Source of the DNA: Eledone cirrhosa
Taxonomy: Eukaryota
DNA length: 64,000 nucleotides
Assembly: GCA_964016885.1 (NCBI GenBank)
Contig: OZ024743.1
Location: forward strand, 99,696,001-99,760,000
Reading direction: 5' to 3'
Position numbers and translations under genes: made by a program
Shown here: positions 13,350 through 26,614 of the stretch, piece after piece
How the letters are laid out: each line of letters starts with the position of its first letter
Numbering within the stretch: position 1 is the first letter of the stretch
The notes under the pieces: model-generated
Told to the model about the DNA's origin: nothing
Database searches by the model: none
What the model saw: only the letters and a program-made list of their open reading frames with translations

Positions 13350-14132
13350 TCGTTATTCATAACAAATATGAAACTATTTCAATAACTGAAATATATTATT
13401 TTATGAAACATAAAATATATGTACCAAAACTCCGAGTATTATTTATAAATCAATTTGTTAAATTTCATTTTTAAAATTAATGGTCCGTACTGTCATTAAA
13501 AGTTTCATTAAAATGTTGAAAACTTGCAACTGTTATTCAATAGAATTTCATTTACAATATAATAAATTATAGAAAATAAAATGAAAAATTTCCTAAATCT
13601 AAAAAGGTATATAACATAAATATATTTCATGGAATTTGAAATGTCAAATTTATGTCTTATAACAGTATTGATTTTGAAATAGAAAATAGAATAATTATAT
13701 TTTTATCTCAGAAAACTTTGGGAAAAATTTACAAATTAGTTGTCTCACTTTAGTTACACCTGAGTGGCTGGGGAGAGTGGGAGGAGGGACAGACTGACTG
13801 AGAGAAGGGGGGAGGGACAGACTGACTGGGAGAAGGAGAGAGGGAGAGACAGACTGAGAGAAGGGGGAGGGAGAGACAGACTGATAAACAGGGAGAGAGA
13901 AACTGACTGACAGAGAGAGAGTGTGTCATGTTTTTTTTAAGTTCATTCTGCCATAATTGCACAAGTTGAATGAAAGCTGGACCTCATCCTGGCTTGATGA
14001 GGTATTAAGCAACTGAGAGTACAAGAAACCTCCACCTGAATGAAATGCCAGTCCATCCCAGGGCTAAACAGTATCTGCCACAGGTACACATTTTCATCTG
14101 AATGAACTAGAACAACATAAAATGAAGTAATT

Positions 14133-15915
14133 TAATAATAATAATAATGAAATTACTGTGTAAAGTGCTCAGGTGCACTACAACTCGTCAAAGGTGCATG
14201 TATAGTACATAGAATAATATACAAATGTCATGGAAGTGAATAGTGTATGAGTCATGATATACATGTGTGCATGTGTATGGAGAGGGAATATTAGGTGTAG
14301 TGTTGGCGAATCTCAGGAAGCATGGAGGATTTAAAGGATGCAGTGTCTCGACAGCTAACAACTGATGTAGGTAGTTTGTTCCATGCTTCAGCAAGTCTGA
14401 GCGTGAAAAAATGTTTCCGAAAGTCATGGGAGCTGTGCTGTTTTCTGACTTTGTGGGCATGCCCACGTGTGTTAGACACATGGAAATCAAAAAGGTGCTC
14501 AGGGCTGTTGTTGGCAAGATGGTTAATAATCTTGTGGGTGTTTACCAAGTCAGTTGTCAGACGTCGGAGCTTCAATGTATCCATGCCCAGGGAAGCAAGG
14601 CGTTCAGAGTATGGTAGATGCCTGATGGAGGGTATTCGCTTGGTTGCACGTCCCTGAACAGTTTCCAGGCGGTCAATGTTCTGAGCAAGATACAGCTTCC
14701 AGACTGGTGATGCAAATTCTAAGTGTGACCGCACCATGTCTATGTACAACTTTAAATAGATAGCTGGAGAGCGACTGACAAAGGTCTTGCTGAGTGATGC
14801 TAAGACACCCTCGGCCTTCTTAAAAATGTTAGAGACGTGCTCCATCCAACGCAAATCGCTGCTGACAGTAATGCCCAGGTCATGTTCACAAGAAGACTTC
14901 TTGATATTAGTGTTGTGGAGGGAGTATGTGGACACTGGGTTTTTACTCCCAAAATGCATGGTGGTGCACTTGTCTACAGCTAGCTTGAGTTGCCAGTCTG
15001 AGATCCATTGTTGCATTGTGTCCAGGTCAGACTGCAAGCAAGATCTATAGTGTTCAGGATCTGTCCTTTTTATCTCAAGGTACAGCTTGATGTCATGCAT
15101 CTGCATATTTCAGTACTGTGGCATTCTTTAAGTTGGCATCTATGTCATTAATATATGCCTCAAACAAAAGGGGGCCAAGAACAGATCCCTGTGGTACACC
15201 AGATGACATCTCATATGGTGAGGAATGCTGTCCTAGAACTGTGACTACCTCTCTCCGACTGAGAATGAAGGACTTCATCCAGTTAAAAAGATCATCCTTC
15301 ACACCCATTGCAGAGAGTTTTGCCATAAGTCTTTTGTGTGGCACAGAATTGAAAGCCTTAGCAAAGTCAAGGTAAACAACATCCACCCATGAGCCGTCAT
15401 CAGTGATCCGGGTGATGTCTTCAAGAAACTCGATAAGTTGATCACATCAGCTGGAGTTAGGGGGAATTGCGAGGGCCGGATAAAACTGTGAGAGTTCCAG
15501 AAGTTCCAAAGTGTTTCTCTGACACAGGATTCCATCAGTTTGGCAATGCAGCTAGTAAGACTGACTGGACGATAGTTCACAGGTGATGTGCGGTCACCCT
15601 TTTTGAACAGAAGAATGACACTGGCAGTTTTCCACTGTTTTGGAGTAGCACCATTGTTCAGACAGAATTGGAAGAAGCGTGATAACTGGTTCAGAAGGAA
15701 GTACCCACCACCTTTGAGAAGCAGGCATGTAACACCATCAAGACCAGGAGAGGCATGATTGCATTTATTTTTAAGGTGACGTCGCAGCATTGCAGGTGTA
15801 AATTCCATAGTTGTAATTTGTTCAAAGACACACTTCACCACCTGATCAGAGATTGAAACCACAGCCTTATGATCATGAATCTGACATGGTAACCACAGTG
15901 ACAAAAGTCTTCTTC
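14133..15915 (-). mobile_element. CR1-clade LINE, 5'-truncated, frameshifted RT
   Basis: NYRPVSLTS, YLDFAKAF, GVPQGSVLGPLLF, YAD, TRGH..K...RKHFF; (ATT)n tail. Confidence 0.93.
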
Positions 15916-15926
15916 AAAATTTACTC

Positions 15927-16550
15927 ATAATAATGATTTCTTTATTAACCACAAGGGTTTACATAAAGTAGACATTAAGGACAGTGCAGGACAATACAGG
16001 ACGGTACAAATGGGCATTTCTGCGTGTAAAAACAAAAACAGAGGATGTAACAAAAAATAACAATGAAAAATTCCCCAATAGGGGGGAGACTTCGGAGGGA
16101 CATTTGTGGAGAAAGCCCAGTAAAAGGCCACAGTGACCCTGACCAGCAAGGCAAGTGCCCTCTCCCAGTTTTCCACCTTTAATTTACAGACACATACTCA
16201 GAGTAGGCCCATTCACTCGGGCCATTCTTGCTTCTCTCACCCATCTTTCAACAAAATGCTGGGATGAGAGCACTTCCCTCTCTACTCTGATTTTCCTTTT
16301 CAAATGAAATTTGAAAAAGTCAATCAAGGCATCACCGAAGAGGTAAGTGCTCGTCTTCAGCCCTTTCAAACGTGTCCCCCATACTATCACTTTCGCCATG
16401 GCCACCAGACAGATAAAAACTGCCTGCCCTTCCCGGCTAAAGGAAGAGGGCGGGGCAATCCTCACGATGGACTCAGATGATAGCCGGATCCGTCCTACAC
16501 GCGACAGCAGGTGTTCGACATAAACCCACAAGTCAGCAATTTTCGGACAC
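15927..16550 (-). mobile_element. L1/Tx1-like LINE 3' fragment
   Basis: Peptide at 16184-16531 homologous to the adjacent copy; (ATT)n tail. Confidence 0.75.
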
Positions 16551-16552
16551 TC

Positions 16553-16595
<43 letters not shown>

Positions 16596-17565
16596 TTTCA
16601 TTTATTAGCCACAAGGGCCGACATGTAGGGGACAATACAAAGACAGGGACAGTGGGGGTTTACAATAAGGTCGAGTAAAAGTGCACAATGGCAAGACTAA
16701 TTTAACAATGAAGATATAAAAATATAAAATAAACTATGCATAAATATAACAAAATAAATTCCCCGATAGGGGTGGACGACCCTGGGGTGACCCGGGTACC
16801 CCACCAATCCTGAACCATCCTGCGCTTCTAGGGCACCCAGGGAGAGCACCCCTCTCCTCAAGTTAGGTAGCCTATAGGCGCATGGTCAGAGCAGGCCCAT
16901 TCACACAGGCCATTCTCGCCACATTCACCCCCCTTTTAGCAAATGTACTGGGGGGCAGCACTTCTCTCTCCACCCTCACCTTCCTTTCCAGGTGAAACTT
17001 GAAGAAGTTGATGAGGGATTGGCCGAAGAGAAAAGTGTCTGTCTTCAGTCCTTTTAACCTGGTCCACCATATAACCTCTTTCGCAACTGCCACCAGACAG
17101 AGGAAAATTTCCTGCTCTTCCTGACCTAAGGAAGGCAGTGGGTCGATCTTCACTATGGACTCGGCCAATAGCCGGATTCGTTCCACACGCGACAGTAGCT
17201 GTTCGACATAACTCCACAAGTCAGTAATGCACGGACATTGGACAAGTGCGTGCAGAACGGTTTCGTCGTTTTGTGCGCATCTTGGGCAGGTCCGTCTGAC
17301 AGCATTTCCGTGCCTGTAGAGTTTATCCCGAACCGGCAGTGCCCCCGGTAGCACTGCCAAGCGAGGGATTTCTGGAAATTGTCCATCGTCCCCGGCTCAA
17401 AAGTCCTCCGATACAGACTGGTCAGTTCGACTTCGTCGAGGCCCAAAGCTTCTCCAAGTGAGTCATCGCACTTGCCCACCACTAATCCTCTATAGAACTC
17501 GAGAGTGGAAGTTCCACTGATCACATTGCACGCTTGGTAGAGGGCAGTGAGTGCCTGGCAACATT
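16553..17565 (-). mobile_element. L1/Tx1-like LINE 3' fragment with C-terminal CCHC finger
   Basis: LPVRDKL...CPRC....ETVLHALVQCP; long (ATT)n tail. Confidence 0.85.
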
Positions 17566-17879
17566 CAATAATATGTATCAAAATAAAATTGTTACCAAAC
17601 CACCCGAAACTGTTCCTGGTTTTATGACATAACTCTCTTTGTTTTAAAATGTTTATATTTATCAAAAATCTTCCTATCATAATTTTGTATGAGAACTCTT
17701 GTTAGGTTATGTTCCAGGCATCAACTTAATAATGAGAAAGTTAGTCATATTACTAAATCCCTCCAAATTTTAAACTATTTTCAAAATTGACACTGCCTAT
17801 GATTTTCAAAGTAATTTGAAAATCATAGGCAGAGTCTTTCATTTAAAATATGTAAAGTAGTCATGTAGGTATCATGACA

Positions 17880-18062
17880 AAAAGCATCCGGTACTCACTG
17901 TAAATGTGGTTGGCATTAGGAAGGGCATCCAGCTGTAGAAACCAAGTCAACATCTGTTCTGCATGAGCAAAACATGGTCATCTGACCTGGCCCATCTCAC
18001 AGCAGGACAACTTGTCTAACCCATGCTAGTGTGGTAAAATTGACGTTAAATGATAATGATGA
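17880..18062 (+). mobile_element. Diverged RTE-tail SINE module
   Basis: GGTTGGCATTAGGAAGGGCATCCAGCTGTAGAAA ... AACCCATGCTAG ... (GAT)n. Confidence 0.7.
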
Positions 18063-18123
18063 ACTAAACTAATGTTGATCACTGACTATGGTTATTCATC
18101 ATCATCATCATTGACTATTTTAA

Positions 18124-18360
18124 CCCTTTTGAAACAGCCCCTGGTTTTATTATACTGGTCTGCTTTTAAATTGTTCATATGTATGGTATATTAACTCCAT
18201 TCATCATAATTTTATGTAAGAAGTTGTTAAGTAATGCTATAAACATCAGCTTAAATAAAGAGTTACTTATTTTATTATATTGCTTTAAAATATTGTTTAT
18301 TTACAGAATTAAATAAAAGATATAAGCAGTGGATTTCATGAGAAATATAGTAACAAAAGG
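18124..18360. mobile_element. TTAA-flanked MITE (piggyBac-like termini)
   Basis: TTAA|CCCTTT...AAAAGG|TTAA; related copy in opposite orientation at 44504-44746. Confidence 0.6.
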
Positions 18361-18543
18361 TTAAAGTAGACATTACAAAACAAACAAAAATTGCTATCAA
18401 CTGATTAGGGGATCAATGACAGCTTAACAGAAGAAAGACCCTCATAGTTATTACACTTTTACAGATGAAAATAATTCAACACTTAAAATTTAGTTCATTG
18501 TCAGTTTAAAAAGAACAAATAGTTACTTGACTCGATGTTTAAT

Positions 18544-18750
18544 CCTTTAGCATTTAAACCAGCCATATCCGGCCAGAATTCTCTTACCTCTTTCTGTTCA
18601 AACTGGCCATAACTAGCCACTCATACTGATGGTAAGGTATTGTTCTCAAAATAAATGACATCAAAATCTCATAGGTTCGATATTATGTGAAATAATTATG
18701 TAAGATAAAGCCTTTACTGTGAAAATACAATAGTATATATAGTGTAATGC
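18544..18750. mobile_element. Second TTAA-type MITE family
   Basis: CCTTTAGCATTTAAAC..GCC.TATC.GGC terminus also at 40467-40622 and inverted at ~57410-57447. Confidence 0.6.
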
Positions 18751-19696
18751 AAATATCAATGAAGGGATGTTGTTAACATTAAAAACAACAGCAACAAACA
18801 TTTCAAGGCCATTTTCCTTACTAAAGCCAGGTTAGCCTTTCAATCTCCATGGCAAGCTTCTCCATTTTCCCCTATCATCTATAGCCCCTCTCAAAAACTC
18901 TTCCCTGGCTTTCATTTCCTCCTCCATCATGTTTAACCATGAATGTTTTGGTCTATCCCTTCCTCTACTTCCTTCTACATTCAATTCCATCACTCCTCTC
19001 ATCCAGTCACTTTCATCCTTCTATAGGTAGACTATATATATGTGTGCCATAAGAGGCAACTGAAAGAGTTACTGGTGCCAGGAAGGGCATCTGGCCATGA
19101 AAGAAAACCTCAAAAAGGACTTCATGATGAGTTGTTGTTAATAAGGTTATACCTTTGTTGAGCAATGAACCATATCTTTAGAGATTAAACCTTTTATTTT
19201 AATATTTAGATCTACAGTATGTTTGGACAAGTTTTATCTCTGATTGTCCTATTCCTGGGTGTGTACTCTCAGGTCTTGAATAATCAGCCCCCCACGTCCA
19301 CTTATTAATTTTGCCAATTTCCCTGCTTATTAAAGTTTGCTGATCTATCTCCAGCAAAATGTTATTGTAAGTGATTCATATTGATACACCAGCTGGAAGA
19401 TCTAATAATAATTTTATTTCACATTAAAAAAATATATATATATGACAAAAAAAAACATTACAAGAAATCCCATATTTATGAACATACACTATACAATTAA
19501 CCCCCCCCCCCCTGTCCCCCCCCCCCTTTATCCCCTCCCCCCTTATAAGAATTTAAGCAAATGTCCCTCCTTCCCCCCGCTTATTCTAACCCCTTATATT
19601 ATTTGGGACCCAACAGTACTTAGTTACAAACTGGAATCAAACTAAGAATATTTATTTCTAAAGCTAGGAGTTTATTACACTTGCCCACTGACTTAC

Positions 19697-19744
19697 CTAC
19701 TGTGGCTGTATCAGTGCCTTTGAGGTTGCTACTATGAACACAGC
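19697..19744 (-). CDS. Candidate 48-nt phase 1-1 host exon (xCVHSSNLKGTDTATV)
   Basis: cttattccag| ... TAG|gtaagt; open only in the symmetric frame; unique sequence. Confidence 0.4.
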   Translation of the reverse strand, partial: AVFIVATSKALIQPQ

Positions 19745-20535
19745 CTGGAATAAGACATTTAATCAGGAGCAGAAATGAAACCAATTAAAACATAACATAC
19801 ATTTAAATATAAACACCTCATCTTTAATGGAATGAATAAATCTGGTCCTTATGGTTGAGGGTCAGGGGTCTCAGACAGAATCACCATTCTTCACCACACA
19901 TTGAATCATTTCTTATGTCTTCATGTTTTCTTCAGGGTTAATAGGGCCAGTGAGCTCGGAATTCTCTCCTGACTTGATTTATCCTTTAACCTTCACCTCT
20001 ACACAAACACTCACACTATTTAAGGATGGGGTTAATCATTAAAAAATATTCACTCCAACACATTTTGACCCCTTTTCAACAGATAACAGATAAATCAATG
20101 GGAGACTGGGTAAATAACAACAATTACAACATATATAAATATATAAATGTTATACTTCTCAAAGTAAATGACCTATGACAAGCTGCTGGATAAAGCTAAC
20201 ATTAATTTGCTACTACTGGGCTGAAAGAAGCCTTGCACAATACTATACCAAAGAGGTTCACAACAATACTGTAAGTAAACTGAAAATAAGAATATAAGAC
20301 TGTGTCTGAAAATAGACATAATGTTTACAAAAGAAAATTAATCAATACTAGAATATACAACACACAAACACACATCCTAGCACTAGCAACAGGTTTATGT
20401 ACATCCTCACACATACACACACACACATATATATATACATATATATATATATATCAACACAGATATTTCTATACAATTTCTACTCTTTACTGGTTACAGC
20501 CAGTGTTGAGACTTGTGTGCATGTGATCATAAGAC

Positions 20536-20573
<38 letters not shown>

Positions 20574-20616
20574 GTGTGTATATATATACATATATATCTA
20601 TATATCTATATGTATA

Positions 20617-20653
<37 letters not shown>

Positions 20654-20804
20654 TGAAATTATTTGTCAGTGAATGTCTTCAGCATGGCAGCGACATCAGA
20701 CACTACCATGCTGTGTATTACTATATCTCAATAGAGTCTGGTGTTGCTTTTAAACTCAAAATGCTACAATATTCAACGATGTTAAGGTATCATTATATGT
20801 GTAC

Positions 20805-21190
20805 GGTGGATTAGCAGTATCAGTAGAGAGTCGGACACCATGCTTTGAAGCATAGAGTTACGTCCCTTTACGGTCTGAGTTCAAATCCTGCCAAGGTTAC
20901 CTTTGCCTTTCATCCTTAAGAGGGTCGATAAAATAAAGTACCAGTAATCCACTGGGTAATTGCTGGCCTTGTGCCTAAAGTAGAAACAATTATTTGTGTA
21001 CGGTGGATTGGCAGTATCGGTAGAGAGTCGGACACCATGCTTTGAAGCATAGAGTTACGTCCCTTTACGGTCTGAGTTCAAATCCTGCCGAGGTTACCTT
21101 TGCCTTTCATCCTTAAGAGGGTCGATAAAATAAAGTACCAGTAATCCACTGGGTAATTGCTGGCCTTGTGCGAAAAGTAGAAACAATTAT
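20805..21190 (+). mobile_element. Tandem pair of ~190-bp tRNA-derived SINEs (family S1)
   Basis: A-box-like TGGCAGTATCGG, B-box GAGTTCAAATCC, body GCCTTTCATCC..GGTCGATAAAATAAAGTACCAG; ATTAT(A/T)TGTGTAC before, between and after. Confidence 0.9.
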
Positions 21191-21410
21191 ATGTGTACCA
21201 GTATATATGTTGTGTGTTGGGATGAATATCTGTGTGTTTCAGTAGAAAGATATGTACATATCGTTCCATCCTCTCGTTATCTCTCTTTCTCTCTCCCTCT
21301 TTCATAACAGATACACACATGCCTCACCTATACTGTATCTCTTCCTCTCTTTCTTTTACATGCACAGATATGTATTCATTTATCAATGTTTTACTGCATC
21401 TATACTGAGA

Positions 21411-21474
<64 letters not shown>

Positions 21475-21535
21475 TATATATACATATATATACACATATA
21501 TATATATACATATATATACACATATATATATATAC

Positions 21536-21636
<101 letters not shown>

Positions 21637-21642
21637 TATATG

Positions 21643-21772
<130 letters not shown>

Positions 21773-21831
21773 CATATATATATACACATACATATATATG
21801 TATATTTATACATATATATATATATACATAT

Positions 21832-22199
21832 GGAGACACATAGCTTAGTGGTTAGAGCATTGGCCTTGCAATCGAAAGTTTGTGAGTTCAATTCTCAGAC
21901 CGGGTGATGTGTTGTTTCCTTGAACAAGACACTTTATTTCACATTGCTCCAGTTTACTCAGCTGTAGAAATGAGATGCTAGGGACTGAGGTCCCTATCAT
22001 TCCACTGCAAAGTGGTCGTGGAGGCGCCACGGCAAAAAAGCACCCAGCACTCAGTGTAAATAAGGTTGGTGTTAAGAAGGGCATCCAGCTGTAGAAATTG
22101 ATTGCTACAGCTGGATGCCCTTCCTAACACCAACCTCATTTACAGTGAGTGCTGGGTGCTTTTTTGCCGTGGCACCTCCACGACCACTTTGCAGTGGAA

Positions 22200-22204
<5 letters not shown>
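21832..22204 (+). mobile_element. tRNA-headed SINE (family S2), truncated, followed by a 100-bp inverted copy of its body
   Basis: Matches 28688-28950; 21995-22094 inverted at 22105-22204. Confidence 0.85.
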
Positions 22205-22250
<46 letters not shown>

Positions 22251-22279
22251 CGTATATATATATATATATAAATATATAC

Positions 22280-22321
<42 letters not shown>

Positions 22322-22355
22322 AGATATATATATATATATATATACATATGTATAG

Positions 22356-22401
<46 letters not shown>

Positions 22402-22405
<4 letters not shown>

Positions 22406-22537
22406 CGAAGGAAATGTGGTAAGGAACCAGATGGAACATAACGCACCAAAGTACTCAATACTTAGGGTAGTAGAGTGGGTAATAGGAACGAGTAGGACCC
22501 CGACGGCTGAGTTCAAGCCGTTTCGACGGCTAATTCT
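22402..22537 (-). mobile_element. Penelope-type terminal fragment with 3' half of a hammerhead
   Basis: Reverse complement of 26483-26617; GTC-GAAACGGCT...AGCCGTC-GGGG. Confidence 0.7.
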
Positions 22538-23224
22538 GGACTAAATGAACATTTTTATCCTGGTACATGAATAGCCAAGCTTCTCAGGGGGTAATTCCAT
22601 ATATGGTAAAAGTGATTGTCACAAGGATTGGTCAAAAGTTTGTTGTTGAGACACATAATTCTATCATGGCAATTTGTGGAAGGAAGAGGTAGCTGAACCT
22701 GCCAGTAGAAGAAAGAGGGAGAGGGAGGGGAGGAAACCCAGCCGTGCGTTGATAGTGCCAACCCAGCAGGATCCTAAGGGCAGGAGGTGAAGAAAGTATA
22801 CTAGAGAGGGGAGGAGGTGGAAGTAGAAACAGTAATTAAATCAATATGGAGTAAATATATAGAAGAATAATAAGAATGTTAAAAATATAAAACACAATTT
22901 CTGGTTACTATTCCCTTACTACCATCATCATGTCTCTCATTTATATATCTTTTTACACATTCTCATACGCACCCTCTGTATTATATGTAATTTTTCATGT
23001 TTCAACTTAAGCTATATAAATATCGAGTTTTGTCATAACTAATCACTGCCATGTCTAAATTATAACCATCAACATAGTCAAGGTATGTCAGGCATCAACT
23101 TATTTTATCTGTTAAAATACCTCAGTATCTCTGAAATATGTATAATAAAATATATTTGATCACATGAATGTCTATATTTATTAATATTTTGAAGTAATAT
23201 ATATATATATATATAGACATATAT

Positions 23225-23842
23225 GGAAAAAATGAAACGAAATTTCATTTCTCACTCCTAGTACGGCTGTTACTTAAATATAAGTATATATACGTACATA
23301 CATATATGTATGTAGGTATATGTATGTAGATATACATACTTATATTTACATACATACATATATGTATGTACGTATACATACGTACATACATATATGTATG
23401 TACGTATACATACTTATATTTAAGTAACAGCCGTACTAAGAGTGAGAAATGAAATTTTGTTTCATTTTTTCCATTTATCGTTTTCGGTGTGCCCGGCCGA
23501 TTAACTCACACGATATGCAAATTAGGCTGCTCAGCCGTTAATATGCATAAGGAAAGTATATACTTTCAGACATTCAATCATCTGGCAGGAAGGTATACGA
23601 TACTGACGATAGCTAATAAGCTTGAAACTAGTACATCGTTCCTTTGTCAGTGTTGAACAAAAGGGCAACGATGGTTGCTAAACACTGTACGGCTTAATCC
23701 GGGCTGTTTGTTTGTTTACAAACAAACCGAGCATTATAATAAATGTTCGATAAACCCATACGTACATATATATACATGTGTGCATGTATGTATACATACT
23801 ACTGTATGCCTGTATACATACTACTGTCGCCTGTATACATAT
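23225..23842 (+). mobile_element. Retrozyme-like element family R2, with short inverted arm at 23225-23310
   Basis: Reverse-complement homology to 25628-26343; contains ATGCAAAT (23515) and a hammerhead. Confidence 0.8.
23598..23638 (+). ncRNA. Minimal type I hammerhead ribozyme (R2)
   Basis: CGATA-CTGACGA-TAGCT-AATA-AGCTT-GAAAC-TA-GTA-CATCG; one stem I mismatch. Confidence 0.75.
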
Positions 23843-23899
23843 AGGCTCTGATACCATCAACACGATAAACACAGAACTGGCATATCTAAGAACTGACTA

Positions 23900-23955
23900 A
23901 CTGCCTGATGAGGTCATAGCCTTTCAATGGCTATCATCGAAATATATATAGCAGT
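23900..23955 (+). ncRNA. Minimal type I hammerhead ribozyme (separate family)
   Basis: ACTGC-CTGATGA-GGTCATAGCC-TTTCAAT-GGCTATCATC-GAAAT-ATAT-ATA-GCAGT. Confidence 0.85.
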
Positions 23956-24651
23956 AAATAAAGGATTATGAGTTAATGCAATTGACTTATGTTTCGTCAC
24001 TATATATATATATATATATTTGTATATATATTTATATATGTATATGTATGTGTATGTATGTACACATATATATGTATATGTGTATGTATGTATTTGTATG
24101 TGTATGTACCATTATGTATGTGTGCTTGCCTGTGTGTGTGTGTGTGTGTGTGTACGTGTGTAAGTGGGCGAGTGTGTGAATGTGCTTGTTGACACCTGGA
24201 ATATATATTAAGAGAAACTTCACAATAAGGGGAATCACCCCAACACTTGAATCTGTTGATGGAACCTTTTCTGCCTTTGTGACCCTTATTTAAGCCTTAA
24301 AGTATTAGCTACTAAAGAATTTCCCTTTTCTTTAAACCATTGAAACCCACCCATCCTGTAGACACCTGTCTTACAGGCATTGTTAGTTTAAGTGATAAAC
24401 AAGGATTGGTATTCCAATTTTGAATTTGTTTACAGTATTCTTTCTGCCTTTGTTAATATTATAGCTTTAAAGGATTAGCTTTTAATGAATCCCCTTTCTT
24501 TAAATCCTTCAACCAATGACCTACACCCATCCCAATCCCCACCTTCTCCTACCACCAGATAAGGAAAGATATAAATACTACCATTTACTTGGACAGCCAG
24601 CTTCCTGATGATTTCTCACGAATTAAACAGTTCTAGTCCTGTAGAAGCTCT

Positions 24652-25275
24652 TCATCATCATCATCACCGTTTTACGCCCGTTCTTCCATGCTAGCATGGG
24701 TTAGACAGGTTGTCTTGTTGTGGGCAGTGTCTGGTCGGCTGACCATGCTTTGCTCATACAGGAACTGATTTTAGCTTGATTTCTACAGCTGGATGCCCTT
24801 CCTAACACCAATCTCATTTACAGTGAGTGCTGGGTGCTTTTTCCGTGGCGCCTACACGTCCACTTTACAGTGTGGGCTGGGTGCTTTTTTGCCGTGGCAC
24901 ATCCACAACCACCTTGCAGTGGGTGGGTGTGGGGGCATATTGTCTATATGCTACCCATGGGAGGTCAGGTACTCTGTATTACTGTGTGACGCCAGACGTC
25001 ACGGTCATGTGTCATCGCCTTTGAGCGGTGTAATTGGGTAAGGTCAGCTTTTATCACCTCATCCCAGGTCTTCTTGGGTTTCCCCACTCCACGGTTTCCA
25101 TTGACTTCTAGTGCTCTGCACCTTTTTATGCAGCTGTCATCCTTCATACGCATCACATGTCCATACCAACGCAACCACCTCTCCTGCACGCAGTATTTGA
25201 TTCCTCTTATGCCCAGTCTCTCTCTCAATTCATTTATGCTTTGTCGTTCGAATATATTACTATTACACATCCATC
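24652..25275 (-). mobile_element. RTE 3' end with type C UTR
   Basis: ERWLRWYGHVMR...GKPKKTW...DRDVWR then UTR and (GAT)n. Confidence 0.88.
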
Positions 25276-25294
25276 TTCTATATTAAAACTATAT

Positions 25295-25600
25295 CATCAT
25301 CATCATCATCATCATCATCATCGTTTAACGTCTATCTTCCACGCTAGCATGGGTTAGACGGGAGTTGTCCCACTTGAGGCAAGATTGGTCGGGTAACCGT
25401 GTCTCACTCTTATAGGACTATCTGGCAGGTTTTCTACTGCTGGATGCCCTTCCTAACACCAACCACGTTTACAGTGTGGACTGGGAACCTTTTACCGTGT
25501 TACCTACTCGGCCATATTACAGCGTGGACTGTCTGATTTTTTTTGTCGTGACACCTACACGATCTCATTTATTTTGTACTGGATGTTGTGGTACCAACAT
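25295..25600 (-). mobile_element. RTE 3' UTR module, type B
   Basis: Homologous to 9630-9910. Confidence 0.8.
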
Positions 25601-25627
25601 ATATATATATATACATTTATTTATATA

Positions 25628-26343
25628 TATATAAGTATGTATACGTACATACATATATGTATACAGACGTACAGCAGTATGTATATATATATACATACAT
25701 GCACACATATATATATGTACGTATGGATTTACCGAACATTTATTATAATGCTCGGTTTGTTTGTAAACAAACAAACATCCCGAATTAAGCCGTACAGTGT
25801 TTAGCAACCATCGTTGCCCTTTTGTTCAACACTGACAAAGGAACGATATACTAGTTTCAAGCTTATTAGCTATCGTCAGCACCGTATACCTTCCTGCCAG
25901 ATGATTGAACGTCTGAAAGTATATACTTTCCTTATGCATATTAATGGCTGAGCAGCCTAATTTGCATATCAAGTGAGTTAATCGGCCGGGCGCACCGAAA
26001 ACGATAAATGGAAAAAATGAAACAAAATTTCATTTCTCACTCTTAGTACGGCTGTTACTTAAATATAAGTATGTATACGTACATACATATATGTATACAG
26101 ACGTACAGCAGTATATATACATACATGCACACATATATATATGTACGTATGTTTACAAACAAACTGAGCATTATAAAAAAGGTTCGGTAAATCCATACGT
26201 ACATATATATATGTGTGCATGTATGTATATATATACATACTACTGTACGTCTGTATACATATATGTATGTACGTATACATACTTATATTTAAGTAACAGC
26301 CGTACTAAGAGTGAGAAATGAAATTTTGTTTCATTTTTTCCAT
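25628..26343 (-). mobile_element. Retrozyme-like element R2: ~1.2 tandem ~434-bp units (-) plus inverted arm 26151-26343 (+)
   Basis: ATAAGTATGTATACG recurs at 25631 and 26065; strand switch at ~26150; (TA)n on both flanks. Confidence 0.82.
25844..25884 (-). ncRNA. Minimal type I hammerhead ribozyme (R2)
   Basis: CGGTG-CTGACGA-TAGCT-AATA-AGCTT-GAAAC-TA-GTA-TATCG. Confidence 0.8.
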
Positions 26344-26388
26344 ATATATATATATATATATGTGTATATATATATATGTGTATATATA

Positions 26389-26427
<39 letters not shown>

Positions 26428-26430
<3 letters not shown>

Positions 26431-26614
26431 AACCAGTAAGACCCCGACAGCTGAGCTCAAGCCGTTTCGACGGCTAATTCTCAGAATTAGCCGTCGAAAC
26501 GGCTTGAGCTCAGCTGTCGGGGTCTTACTGGTTCCTATTACCCACTCTACTACCTCAAGTATTGAGTACTTTGGTGCGTTATGGTCCACCTGGTTCCTTA
26601 CCACATTTCCTTCG

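Noticed and set aside
24603-24630. CTGATGA after a Penelope-like 3' region
   Set aside because: Rest of the core is absent
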